IMG/VR virus record: IMGVR_UViG_3300048588_000476
Coordinates: 1,845-65,844 of that record
Direction: 5' to 3' (one strand)
Source of the DNA: a virus
Lineage: Duplodnaviria; Caudoviricetes
DNA length: 64,000 nucleotides
The notes under the pieces are model-generated. The model was not told the DNA's origin. It saw only the letters and a program-made list of their open reading frames with translations, and did not search any database. The first letter of the stretch is position 1, and every line of letters starts with the position of its first letter. Both the position numbers and the translations under genes were made by a program. Below are positions 9,388 to 18,154 of the stretch, one piece after another.

Positions 9388-9758
9388 GCACTCCTACGTA
9401 CCCCCGGCACGACACGTGGATCAGGTGCCAGCTGGCCCACCGCTCCGCCCGAATCAAGCTAGGCCCCGCCCTCGGGCTGACCGTGTTACGATCCGGGCTC
9501 AGCATCACCCTTATCACGGAGGCGCTTGGGCAGGGGGACGCCACATTCTACGACTGGATTTTCGGGCGTCGATACCCTCAGCGGACCAAGTACCCGCGTA
9601 TCTGGCGGCTTACCGAACTTCTTGAACGGGGCCTAGCCGCAGGGGACCTCCCCCGGCCAGACACGACGGGCGACCTCGAAGCCGAAAGGGAAGTATTCCG
9701 CGCCCTGCATGCGCGCCACCACCGCGCTGTTGCCGAGTGCACCCCCAAACGATTGTGA
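9384..9758 (+). CDS. putative HTH transcriptional regulator
   Basis: GLSITLITEALGQGDATFYDWIFG resembles an XRE/Cro HTH; directly upstream of primase. Confidence 0.55.
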   Translation: MSTPTYPRHDTWIRCQLAHRSARIKLGPALGLTVLRSGLSITLITEALGQGDATFYDWIFGRRYPQRTKYPRIWRLTELLERGLAAGDLPRPDTTGDLEAEREVFRALHARHHRAVAECTPKRL

Positions 9759-9773
9759 CCGCAAGGGAGACGT

Positions 9774-12683
9774 ATGAGCGTCACGGCGTTTCTATCGGAC
9801 ATCGTACCGACAGTGGGCTATCCAGTAGCCGCCAAGGTACTGTCCGCAAAAATACAACACCAAGTCCGGGACAATGTAACAGAGCTGGTTGCTGCCGGCA
9901 TGCAGCTGGATCAGAGGGGAGAAGATGCATACTTCTGTGTCGGGACACTTATTGAGAAGCGTAAGTACCAATTTAACGCTGACGGTACGCCCCTCATGGC
10001 AGACGGCGGAAACGGCCAGCAGTACCACAAGTACGTTGTCCGCACTGCTGCCAATATCAGTCACGTCAAAGTTCTACATCTGGACGTCGACGTTCACGTA
10101 TCGGGATTCAAGCGCGGTGTAGCTGTCTATCCCAGCACGCTGGCAGCGCTGACTGACATGAAGCGCATCGCCACCGAACTGTCATTCCCCAAGCCGTCAG
10201 TGGTGGCGAGCGGGTCCGGTGGGCTGCACGTGTACTGGCTGATCGCGGAGGACGTGCCGCGCGACGCATGGCGTGCGTTGGCGGCGAAGTGGCGTCTGGT
10301 GATCGACAAGATCGCCCCGCTGATCGCTGACAAATTCGTGCTGGAAGACTGCACCCGGGTGTACCGCCTCCCGGGGACCAAGCGGCACGCGGACGGCACG
10401 CTCCGAGACGTGACCATCATCACGCGAGGAACCCCGGCCCCGGTTGATAGCTATCAACAATGGCTGGATGCCGCTGTGGCTCGCCTCAACATCAACGTGC
10501 CGCCACCGGCCATGCCCGCCCATCTGGCAGCGCTGGGCTCGAACATCCCGGCGAAGGACTTCCCCCCGCTGGATTTCGTCACTCTGGCCGGGCAGTGCCA
10601 AGCGTTCAAGTACGGGTTCGACAACCAAGCGTCCGCGAACGAGCCGGTGTGGCGGGCGATGCTGATGACGGCACGCCTGTGTACCGACAAAGACGCGGTG
10701 CACTGGGTCAGCATGAAGCACCCCGACTATGACCACGGGGCCACGGAGCGCAAAGTTGCCTCGATCACCGCGACGGGCGCGGCCACCTGCCAGCTCTTCG
10801 ACCAGCTCCTCGGGAAGTGCGGGGGGTGCGCTCACCGGGGCAAGGTCAACTCCCCGGCGTCCGTGTCGCACGCCGTCATCCACGCCCCCGCTCCAGTGCA
10901 GACCGTGAGCACCCCGGCAGGCCCGGTGCAGGTGACCTTGCCGAACCCACCTCACCCGTACGCGCGGACCGCTCAGGGCACTATCGTCATGCAGGGCAAG
11001 GACGAGAACGGGAACCCGACGGTGGAGAAGGTGTGCGATTACGATATGTACCCGACGCACCGGATCGGAGACAAGAGCAACGACGACGAATACACTATCT
11101 GGCAGGTGCACTATCCGGTGAAGGGGTGGGAGAGCGCGGAGTTCATGGCCTCTTGCTTCTACGACACGAAGAAACTGCACGGGGCCTTGCTTCGCAAGGG
11201 TGTGTATGTCATGCCGGGGGACGTCAGGAAGGTACATTCATTCATGGTTGCATATTTGAAGCACCTGCAGAAGCAGGCCAAGGAAGACAAGCGGTACGCC
11301 AAGCTGGGGTGGCAGGACGAGGGTGAGACGTTCGTGCTGAACGGCCGGGTGTCGACCCCGACAGGCCCGGCCACCCCCTCCGCTGCCAGCGAAGCGTTCA
11401 CCGTGGTTCGAGGGGTCGGAACAGGCGGGACGTTGCAGGGATGGAAAGACGCGATGCGGTTCTACGACGACCCTCGGTACGTCGCTCACCAATTCTGTTG
11501 CCTTGCCTCATTCGCAGCGCCTCTCATGAAATTCACCGGGTTCGCTGGCGTCGTGCTCAACATGGACGGCAGGCCCGGGGCGGGCAAGACGACGGTACTG
11601 CATGCTGTCAATTCAGTGTGGGGCAATAGTAACGAGTTGATGCTAAGCGGCGGCAAGGCCGGAAGTACCGTGACCGGCAGGTATCAGAAACTCTCAGCAC
11701 ACAACAACCTCCCCGTGACATTGGACGAGATCACAACGCTGAGCGGGGAAGAAGCCAGCGCACTGGTGCACGCAGGGTCTCAGGGGATGGGCAAGCAGCG
11801 CGCCAAAGGATACGGTGACATGGAGACATGGTGCACCATCCTTGAGACCACCTCCAACGGCAGCCTGTACCACAAAATCTCCACCTTCAAGGAAGACGCC
11901 GCAGGGGAGAACGTCCGCATCTTCGAAATCTACATGGACAACATGCAGGTACACACGAAGGCGGAAGCGGACGAATTCAACTATCAGCTTCGCCAGAACT
12001 ACGGCTGGGCTGGGCAGCTGTACGCCGACGCCCTCGTCAAGAACCGGGCGAAGCTCCCCGACCTCGTCAGGAGCTTCATGTTGGACGTAGACGCCCGAGC
12101 GCACGTCGAGTCCGGGGAGCGGTTCCGCGCCGCCTTGGTGGCGGTCGTAGGCGCGGCCGGTGGGATCGTGAAGCGCCTCGGCCTAGTAGGTTGGGACATT
12201 GACGCCGTGGTCGAGTGGGGCGTGCAGCACATGTCCAGCCTGCGGGAAGTCACCGCCGCCTATCACGCCACGGCCATGGACACCTTGGGGGATTTCCTCG
12301 ATACCCACCTGAACGACACCTTGACGCTGATCAACGCGAGCAAGGCGCTGTCCGGCACAGCGGACATTCTGCGCGAGCCCCGGGGCAAGCTGCTGGTCCG
12401 GCACGAGATGGACACCGGCACCCTGTTCATCCAAGCGAAGAGCTTCAAGACCTACTGCAGTACCGCGGGGGCGGACTTCCGGCAGATTCAACAGGAGCTG
12501 CAGGCGCTGGGGGTGCTGGTGGCGGTGGACCGGCTCAAATCCTTGGGCAGTCACACGACGCTGGAGAAGTCGCCAAGCCGGTGCTGGGTGATTGATATGA
12601 CCAACCCGCTGGTGTCCCGCAAGCTGGTCGCGGTCACCTCTCCGCCAATGCAGATGCCGATTGGGCAAAAAAGTACCCCCTGA
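9774..12683 (+). CDS. primase-helicase (primase-like N-terminus, DUF927-type helicase)
   Basis: LDVDV and SGSGGLHVYW motifs, RLPGT, Cys cluster CGGC, Walker A GRPGAGKT, Walker B LDE. Confidence 0.85.
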   Translation: MSVTAFLSDIVPTVGYPVAAKVLSAKIQHQVRDNVTELVAAGMQLDQRGEDAYFCVGTLIEKRKYQFNADGTPLMADGGNGQQYHKYVVRTAANISHVKVLHLDVDVHVSGFKRGVAVYPSTLAALTDMKRIATELSFPKPSVVASGSGGLHVYWLIAEDVPRDAWRALAAKWRLVIDKIAPLIADKFVLEDCTRVYRLPGTKRHADGTLRDVTIITRGTPAPVDSYQQWLDAAVARLNINVPPPAMPAHLAALGSNIPAKDFPPLDFVTLAGQCQAFKYGFDNQASANEPVWRAMLMTARLCTDKDAVHWVSMKHPDYDHGATERKVASITATGAATCQLFDQLLGKCGGCAHRGKVNSPASVSHAVIHAPAPVQTVSTPAGPVQVTLPNPPHPYARTAQGTIVMQGKDENGNPTVEKVCDYDMYPTHRIGDKSNDDEYTIWQVHYPVKGWESAEFMASCFYDTKKLHGALLRKGVYVMPGDVRKVHSFMVAYLKHLQKQAKEDKRYAKLGWQDEGETFVLNGRVSTPTGPATPSAASEAFTVVRGVGTGGTLQGWKDAMRFYDDPRYVAHQFCCLASFAAPLMKFTGFAGVVLNMDGRPGAGKTTVLHAVNSVWGNSNELMLSGGKAGSTVTGRYQKLSAHNNLPVTLDEITTLSGEEASALVHAGSQGMGKQRAKGYGDMETWCTILETTSNGSLYHKISTFKEDAAGENVRIFEIYMDNMQVHTKAEADEFNYQLRQNYGWAGQLYADALVKNRAKLPDLVRSFMLDVDARAHVESGERFRAALVAVVGAAGGIVKRLGLVGWDIDAVVEWGVQHMSSLREVTAAYHATAMDTLGDFLDTHLNDTLTLINASKALSGTADILREPRGKLLVRHEMDTGTLFIQAKSFKTYCSTAGADFRQIQQELQALGVLVAVDRLKSLGSHTTLEKSPSRCWVIDMTNPLVSRKLVAVTSPPMQMPIGQKSTP
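10443..10458. promoter_or_regulatory. 16-bp palindrome GTTGATAGCTATCAAC inside primase CDS
   Basis: exact copy; encodes VDSYQQ. Confidence 0.75.
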
Positions 12684-12693
12684 GAAGGGGGTA
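12667..12693 (-). terminator. intrinsic terminator ending the late operon
   Basis: TACCCCC/GGGGGTA stem followed by T6 on the - strand, at the convergence point of the two arms. Confidence 0.6.
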
Positions 12694-12752
12694 TCAAGGT
12701 AACTCAGGAGGGAGATGCGCCCTGTCCCATCGCTGGAGAGCGCAGGCGCACT

Positions 12753-13232
12753 CTACCTCCGCCGCTGGCAAGCCGTCAAGTAGGCTTGGCACTCTCCAAG
12801 CCGGATCACTTCCCCGACGCAGGCGGCGACTTCTCGATTGACTCGCGCAAGAGCCTCATCTGTTCGTTCAGCTCTTCGAGCGATGTCATTGGATCGCTGC
12901 TGGCAGGCTTCAAGACTTCCATCGGTACCGGGAACGATGGGCACTCCACTACCCGCACCGGACTGCTGCTGCAGCCGCTTAACACGAGCAGCGAGACGAT
13001 CGCGCTCGGCCACGCCCCACGCCAGTACCTGTTTGGTTGCTTCATCGGATTCTCTCTTCTGTTCTTCGCGCTTTCGAAGCGCCTCGGCATGCTGTTCGTC
13101 AGCCGCGTTTTGCTCTCCTACGCGAACCGCATCCTCCAGACCTGCCTTGACCGATCGGTACCCATATCCGGCGGTGTACGACATTGCGACCAGAGCGGCT
13201 AACCCGCCCAGCTTAGCCAGAAGTAGGTTCAC
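12753..13232 (-). CDS. i-spanin (Rz-like)
   Basis: N-terminal TM helix, coiled-coil body, C-terminal Cys; last gene of lysis cassette. Confidence 0.8.
   Translation of the reverse strand: MNLLLAKLGGLAALVAMSYTAGYGYRSVKAGLEDAVRVGEQNAADEQHAEALRKREEQKRESDEATKQVLAWGVAERDRLAARVKRLQQQSGAGSGVPIVPGTDGSLEACQQRSNDIARRAERTDEALARVNREVAACVGEVIRLGECQAYLTACQRRR
12806..13045 (-). CDS. o-spanin (Rz1-like lipoprotein), embedded in i-spanin
   Basis: alternate frame; lipobox LVLSG-C followed by Pro-rich segment. Confidence 0.8.
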   Translation of the reverse strand: MKQPNRYWRGAWPSAIVSLLVLSGCSSSPVRVVECPSFPVPMEVLKPASSDPMTSLEELNEQMRLLRESIEKSPPASGK

Positions 13233-13473
13233 TGTTTTTCCCCCGCATGTCGGAGTACGACTGCACTAATTCTTTCAGGATATACGTTGCGGGGATCAAT
13301 ACGGCGGCAATCACGGCAGACAGTTCAAGCCCGGTGACCCCCGGGCGCATGGCGTACTGCTTGGCCCAGACGTAGGAGTCCACGAACATCCACGCGACAA
13401 TACCTAGCATGACCCGCCGCACCACCATCCGCGTGTCGATAAAGTCCAAGAACTGCGTGATGTATTTGCCCAT
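13213..13473 (-). CDS. holin-like membrane protein
   Basis: 86 aa, two hydrophobic helices, lies between endolysin and spanins. Confidence 0.7.
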   Translation of the reverse strand: MGKYITQFLDFIDTRMVVRRVMLGIVAWMFVDSYVWAKQYAMRPGVTGLELSAVIAAVLIPATYILKELVQSYSDMRGKNSEPTSG

Positions 13474-13476
13474 GCC

Positions 13477-13923
13477 CTACCCCTGCTTATAGTTGTAAAT
13501 CTCGATGGTGGGAGTCCCGAATTCCCGCAGCAACTCGATGATTTCGATGCACCTGTCCACCGCCGGCTTACAGTTCCCGACCCACCCCTTGTCGATCCGC
13601 TGCTCTTTCCCCACGAGGATGCACCCTTCCGTGTCGGATGCGGAGTTGCCTCCATGGATGCGGATCGCCGTGAAGTCCCGTACGTTGCTCAGGAGAGGAA
13701 GCCGGATTCCGAACCGATGGCTCAGGGTGACGGTAATGGGGTACGTGCCGCTCGGAATCGCTGTCTTGCCCGGGATTTTCATGGTTCGCTCCCACTTCCA
13801 CCGACCCCCGATCATCTGCTCCCGCACTGGGTCCTCCAACGTGTACCCGATCAGCTCGCCCTCAACGTGCAGCTCCCCCATGGTGTATTGCCCTGTCAGC
13901 AATGTACGGTGAAGTACGAACAT
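13477..13923 (-). CDS. endolysin, DUF5675-like
   Basis: TLED..R, KIPGKTAIPSGTY, IRIHGGN...DTEGCILVG motifs. Confidence 0.8.
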   Translation of the reverse strand: MFVLHRTLLTGQYTMGELHVEGELIGYTLEDPVREQMIGGRWKWERTMKIPGKTAIPSGTYPITVTLSHRFGIRLPLLSNVRDFTAIRIHGGNSASDTEGCILVGKEQRIDKGWVGNCKPAVDRCIEIIELLREFGTPTIEIYNYKQG

Positions 13924-13924
13924 G

Positions 13925-14422
13925 TCAGTCCTTCCGAAGGTGTTCGATAACCTGCGAGATGATGGTGGCTGCCGCCCCCACTACGACCGTGATCTGCACC
14001 CAATAGTCTTTCACCCAGCTAAACGATCGCTTGGGGGCGGGGCGGAAGATGGGTTCTTCGACGGGGGATGCCGGGGAAACCTGCGAGAGAAATGCCATAA
14101 ATCCGCCTGCCCCGTCCACGAGCGCGACAACCCGCACGTTTGCCCATACCACGGCACCCCGTTTTGTAAGGTACCTTTTTGCCATGTCGTAACCTTCGAC
14201 TCGACTATCGGCGACATCGCGCGCCATCTCGACATCATCTCCCACGTCGTCCGGATGTGTAATATCTTGGAACCGCCGTTTCTCCAGTTCGGACTCCGTA
14301 TACTGTAGAAAACGGCATAGGGCAGGGTTAGCGCGTAAGAAAGTACCATCCTCAGCCACAATGGCAACCCCCACCACGCTCGATTCCCACCACGCACCAA
14401 TAATCGTTTCATCGGACGGCAT
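13925..14422 (-). CDS. PAS-domain protein with C-terminal TM helix
   Basis: GVAIVAEDGTFLRANPALCRFLQY..EL....FQDITHPDD and KRYLTKRGAVVW PAS/PAC signature; TM YWVQITVVVGAAATIISQVI; start could be GTG 14431. Confidence 0.85.
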   Translation of the reverse strand: MPSDETIIGAWWESSVVGVAIVAEDGTFLRANPALCRFLQYTESELEKRRFQDITHPDDVGDDVEMARDVADSRVEGYDMAKRYLTKRGAVVWANVRVVALVDGAGGFMAFLSQVSPASPVEEPIFRPAPKRSFSWVKDYWVQITVVVGAAATIISQVIEHLRKD

Positions 14423-14442
14423 CCTCGGCACGATACGCCTCG

Positions 14443-16086
14443 TTAGACTGTTACGTATATTGTTGTTGGGTTCAGTCTTACTTGGGTTTCTGAAGTGGTT
14501 GATCGGATGACTATCTGCGCCAGCACCGCCCCCGCTGGCAACGATGTAGGCGGGAACCCCTCCGCCGTGCTCGACCCAGTAGATGCCCCCACCGCTGCCC
14601 ACACCGCTTGCGCTACTGCCGCAGCAGTAGCTGCGGCAACCGCGACCCCGACTCCTGACTCGATGGAGCTGAGAACATCGGATGTCGCCAACGCAACGGC
14701 GCTGCCTGCAGCAGTCCCCACCGCCGCCACGACAGTACGGGACACCGCCTCTGCAAGGGACGAGCCCGCAGAAGTAACCGATCGGGGCTCGTACGCGGAG
14801 ACTTCTGTACCGTCCGCCGTCGCGGTCGCAACGCCTGTGGACGTCGCTGTTCGAAAATGGATGCTCTGGGATACGCCAAGGGCGTCTGGCCCCCCGGGAG
14901 TGGCCCCCGCCGCTGCCCAAACGGACCTTCCTGTGGCTGCTGCCGTGGATGTGCCGACAGAAGAGCCCGTGGCTTCAGCAAACCCAGACGCGGCGTCAGT
15001 TCCAGTCGCGAGCGCCGTCGCCGCCCCGACAGAAGCCCCGACCCCCGCCCAGACAGCCCGCGCCGTAGCCGACGCCGTTGCTGCTCCGGCGGACGCCCCC
15101 ACAGCCGCGGTGATCCCTGCTGCCGCATCAATGCCATCAGCGAGCGCGTCAGAGGTGCCGACGGAGGTGCCGACCCCCGCCCAAAGGGCCTGTGACTGGG
15201 ATGACGCTCCGGCCGTGGCAATACTGGACGCCACTGCAGCAACCACGGTCCGGGAGGTTGCGGAGACTGTCGGCGCCGCAGTAGATGCACCGACTACTGC
15301 CCACGTGGCTTGGGAAGTAGCGGAAGCCGTGGCGACCCCGACCGAGGCCCCTACCCCGTTGGTAGTGCCCCCGCTCGCCGCGGAGAAAAAGAACATCGAG
15401 GCGGGCTTGTCTTCTTCGAAGAGCTGGCCCGGGGCGCCTGTGAGCGACGCCATTTCCCCAATAGTCAGCACCCGCCCGGCGAACTCAGCGTAGCCAAGAA
15501 TGGTGGCGTTGATGGATTCGGTGTTGTCCGACCGGCCAAACAACGACCCGGTATCGATCGTAAACGTCTGCGTAGACGACCCGGACCCGCAGACGTTGCC
15601 GTCAGCAAAAAATCGTGCCGTGGTGCCGTCGTAGGTAACGCCAACAACGGACAGCTTGCCTACCGCAAGTCGCGCATTCGACGAGACGCCGATACTGACA
15701 ACCGCTGCCCGCAGCAGCTCGTGCTCGCCCCCCGCCGTAATTCGCCACTGAGAGCCGTTAGTGGACCCGCTTACCGTGCTTGTAATGATAGTTCCGGTAG
15801 CCAGACCGTCCGGAACTACAAGCGCGATTCGCGAAAACGTCTGCCCCTGCCCGATACCGGACATCCGCAGATTGCCGAACGAGCTGTACACCCCAAGCGC
15901 GCCCTGCCGCACGTTCGGCGTCGGGCCACTCAAGCTCACGAACCGCGCTTGCCCGACAGCGTCAACAAACCGCTCGCCCATCGGGTACAGCAACGCAGAC
16001 AGCCCGCGCGCCCGCCATCGCGCAGATGGCGCTAGAAAGACTCTAGGCCATACGTGCCGCGCGCCCGGTGCTACCCCGACTGTCAT
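14443..16086 (-). CDS. tail fibre-like protein (LamG/ConA-like domain plus Ala/Gly/Ser/Thr repeats)
   Basis: VGVTYDGTTARFFADG LamG-like motif; repeated WAxVGxSxG units. Confidence 0.6.
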   Translation of the reverse strand: MTVGVAPGARHVWPRVFLAPSARWRARGLSALLYPMGERFVDAVGQARFVSLSGPTPNVRQGALGVYSSFGNLRMSGIGQGQTFSRIALVVPDGLATGTIITSTVSGSTNGSQWRITAGGEHELLRAAVVSIGVSSNARLAVGKLSVVGVTYDGTTARFFADGNVCGSGSSTQTFTIDTGSLFGRSDNTESINATILGYAEFAGRVLTIGEMASLTGAPGQLFEEDKPASMFFFSAASGGTTNGVGASVGVATASATSQATWAVVGASTAAPTVSATSRTVVAAVASSIATAGASSQSQALWAGVGTSVGTSDALADGIDAAAGITAAVGASAGAATASATARAVWAGVGASVGAATALATGTDAASGFAEATGSSVGTSTAAATGRSVWAAAGATPGGPDALGVSQSIHFRTATSTGVATATADGTEVSAYEPRSVTSAGSSLAEAVSRTVVAAVGTAAGSAVALATSDVLSSIESGVGVAVAAATAAAVAQAVWAAVGASTGSSTAEGFPPTSLPAGAVLAQIVIRSTTSETQVRLNPTTIYVTV

Positions 16087-16089
16087 GCC

Positions 16090-16548
16090 TTACGGCGCCG
16101 GTCCGTACGCAATCGGCGTCATTTTGATCGCCCAGCCCGTAGACACCTGTTGCCCTGCCGTATTAAACAGGTACACCTCACCTTTGCGCGGCAGATTGAC
16201 CGCCGTCGCTTCCACTGTCTGCGCTGCAGTCTGGTTGAGCATGTTGAAATGCCCGACAACGCGGTGCGGGTAGGCAGTGGTCGGAACGGGCGCGTCCGTC
16301 GTGCCGTCGATGTCCATCGGGCGCACGACAATCTGAATCGCACCCAACGCCGTGAACGCACTTGCGCACGAACAGGTCAGTGTGAAGATGGCGCGGTCCG
16401 TGTCGGCGGCATCTGTCGACGTCAAATCATACTGCGTCGAAGCAGCCACGCTCAGCGCGTTGTTGGCGATTGCCGTTCCGCCGCTCGACTCCAACGTGAT
16501 CGTTGTCGCCGAAAACTTCCGGACCGCATCGTTTGTGCCGATCGGCAT
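16090..16548 (-). CDS. putative virion structural protein
   Basis: 152 aa beta-rich ORF with AGGAGG SD in tail cluster. Confidence 0.65.
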   Translation of the reverse strand: MPIGTNDAVRKFSATTITLESSGGTAIANNALSVAASTQYDLTSTDAADTDRAIFTLTCSCASAFTALGAIQIVVRPMDIDGTTDAPVPTTAYPHRVVGHFNMLNQTAAQTVEATAVNLPRKGEVYLFNTAGQQVSTGWAIKMTPIAYGPAP

Positions 16549-16557
16549 GTCGCCTCC

Positions 16558-17097
16558 TTACTGGTTCAATAGCGCACTGATTTCCGACGCCGTGAGGATG
16601 CCGTCCCAGTTGAGGCGCCACGCCGTCACCCCGCTAGTGCCAGCGTCGGTGCCGCCCAGCTTCTGTTCAGCCCACGTGGCATTGCGCGTCATATCGTTGA
16701 GAATGACCGATCGGCTACCGCTGTTCGTCGCCCCGCTGAAGATGTCGGCAATGGCGCTTCGAACCTTGGCCCGTGTCGGGTCCATGACCCCAACGCTTTC
16801 CATCAAGTCAAACGCCTGACGCTCCGCCACACTGCGCCCAATGTAGTCCGAAATGTTTACCGCTTCGAACAGTTCGAGCCCCGTGTATGTCGTCTTCCAC
16901 ACCTTCTGCACTGGCGAGGCAATCGCGTTGCAGTAATTGGCGATGGCAGTGTCATCCCGGATCAGAACGTTGGCCGCTAGTGCCGGTTCGGACAGAATCG
17001 CGGCCCGCAGGGTGTTTTTCTGCTGGTTGTTCATTTCGGCTCCAGAGGCAATCCCCGCAATGAGGATCAGGACGGTGGCAAAAAAGGCACGAATCAT
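16558..17097 (-). CDS. hypothetical protein with signal-peptide-like N-terminus
   Basis: AAGGAG SD; MIRAFFATVLILIAGIASGA. Confidence 0.65.
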   Translation of the reverse strand: MIRAFFATVLILIAGIASGAEMNNQQKNTLRAAILSEPALAANVLIRDDTAIANYCNAIASPVQKVWKTTYTGLELFEAVNISDYIGRSVAERQAFDLMESVGVMDPTRAKVRSAIADIFSGATNSGSRSVILNDMTRNATWAEQKLGGTDAGTSGVTAWRLNWDGILTASEISALLNQ

Positions 17098-17106
17098 GGC
17101 GGCTCC

Positions 17107-17538
17107 TTAGTCTTCGGTGACAGTGCTGGCCGTCGTCAGGCGCGGGATCACGCTGACAGCCATGGTGATGGGCGGGGTTACACCGCCGGAGTACAGCACC
17201 TTGCCGGCGCCCGACGCTGCTGTACCGACCGACCAATGCGTGATGGCGCCGCCGGGGGAGGCCGTGCACGCGTTGAAATCGATGTTGGCGACCGGGCTCG
17301 CCGAGCTGCCCGTGACCGTCCATCCGCCTGACGTGCGCGCTACGGGAACCCGCGCGTAGCCCGTATACGCCGTTTCGCTGGTAGTCTGGTCCCCCGCCTC
17401 CGGGCTACCGGTGTGGAGCGCTACGTAGGTATTGGTGATCGGGCTGGACGATGCATTGTCCGCAATGTTGGCAATGGCGGTGCCATTGAGAAACAACCGC
17501 AGTACGTCGTTTTCGAAAGTATCGCTCTTACCAGACAT
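17107..17538 (-). CDS. tail-associated structural protein
   Basis: YVALHT..P....E..Y.GYARV pattern common in phage tail proteins. Confidence 0.7.
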   Translation of the reverse strand: MSGKSDTFENDVLRLFLNGTAIANIADNASSSPITNTYVALHTGSPEAGDQTTSETAYTGYARVPVARTSGGWTVTGSSASPVANIDFNACTASPGGAITHWSVGTAASGAGKVLYSGGVTPPITMAVSVIPRLTTASTVTED

Positions 17539-17548
17539 GGTGCACTCC

Positions 17549-18154
17549 TTATGTGGTCACTTCTTGAGTCACTGCCACTGATCCTCGCATCAATGTGGTC
17601 ACTACCCCGGAGCTAGACACCAGCTCCAAGTCGTAAACCCCGGACCGCCACGTGTACGCCGCGGTGTCGGTTGCAGAGATGGTGACAGTGATCGCCTTGT
17701 TTGCATTGTCCAGCAAGATGCCGGAGTTCTCGGTAGTGAGGGACGCCAGCTCAGTGCCCCCCACAAAATCACGGATGGTCATCCGGGCGGTGTACCCGGA
17801 CAGTGTCTGCGGGGTGTAGTAGACGAGCGAGCCCCCGGAGGTGTACGCGTCGTACCCCGCAGAACTGACGGCAGGGAGCGCAATGGTGTCTGCGCTGAGC
17901 ACCGTGGCCGTCTCGAACTCCGACCCCCGGGGCGGGTATGTTCGGGCGTTGATCTGGGACATTCCCCCGGCAGATATTACGGCTACCCGCCACCCTTCGG
18001 GTACGCCATGCGCCACGGACGTGATGACAACAGGCGTGGCCCGCGCGATTCCGGTGATCGCCTTGGTCGTCAGTAGCGAAGTCTCCCAGCGCACGATCTG
18101 CTCGAAGGTGTTGCCCTGCACGATGGTGAGTTTCTGCTTGGTCGCCATGATCAC
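17549..18154 (-). CDS. tail/baseplate adaptor-like protein
   Basis: LTIVQGNTF...GYTARMTIR...GVYDLEL...LMRG pattern with an inserted HG-containing beta domain. Confidence 0.65.
   Translation of the reverse strand: MIMATKQKLTIVQGNTFEQIVRWETSLLTTKAITGIARATPVVITSVAHGVPEGWRVAVISAGGMSQINARTYPPRGSEFETATVLSADTIALPAVSSAGYDAYTSGGSLVYYTPQTLSGYTARMTIRDFVGGTELASLTTENSGILLDNANKAITVTISATDTAAYTWRSGVYDLELVSSSGVVTTLMRGSVAVTQEVTT

Noticed and set aside
13925-14920. 331-aa version of the PAS ORF and 542-aa version of the 31836 ORF
   Set aside because: The upstream extensions overlap real neighbouring genes; true starts are about 14422/14431 and 33089.
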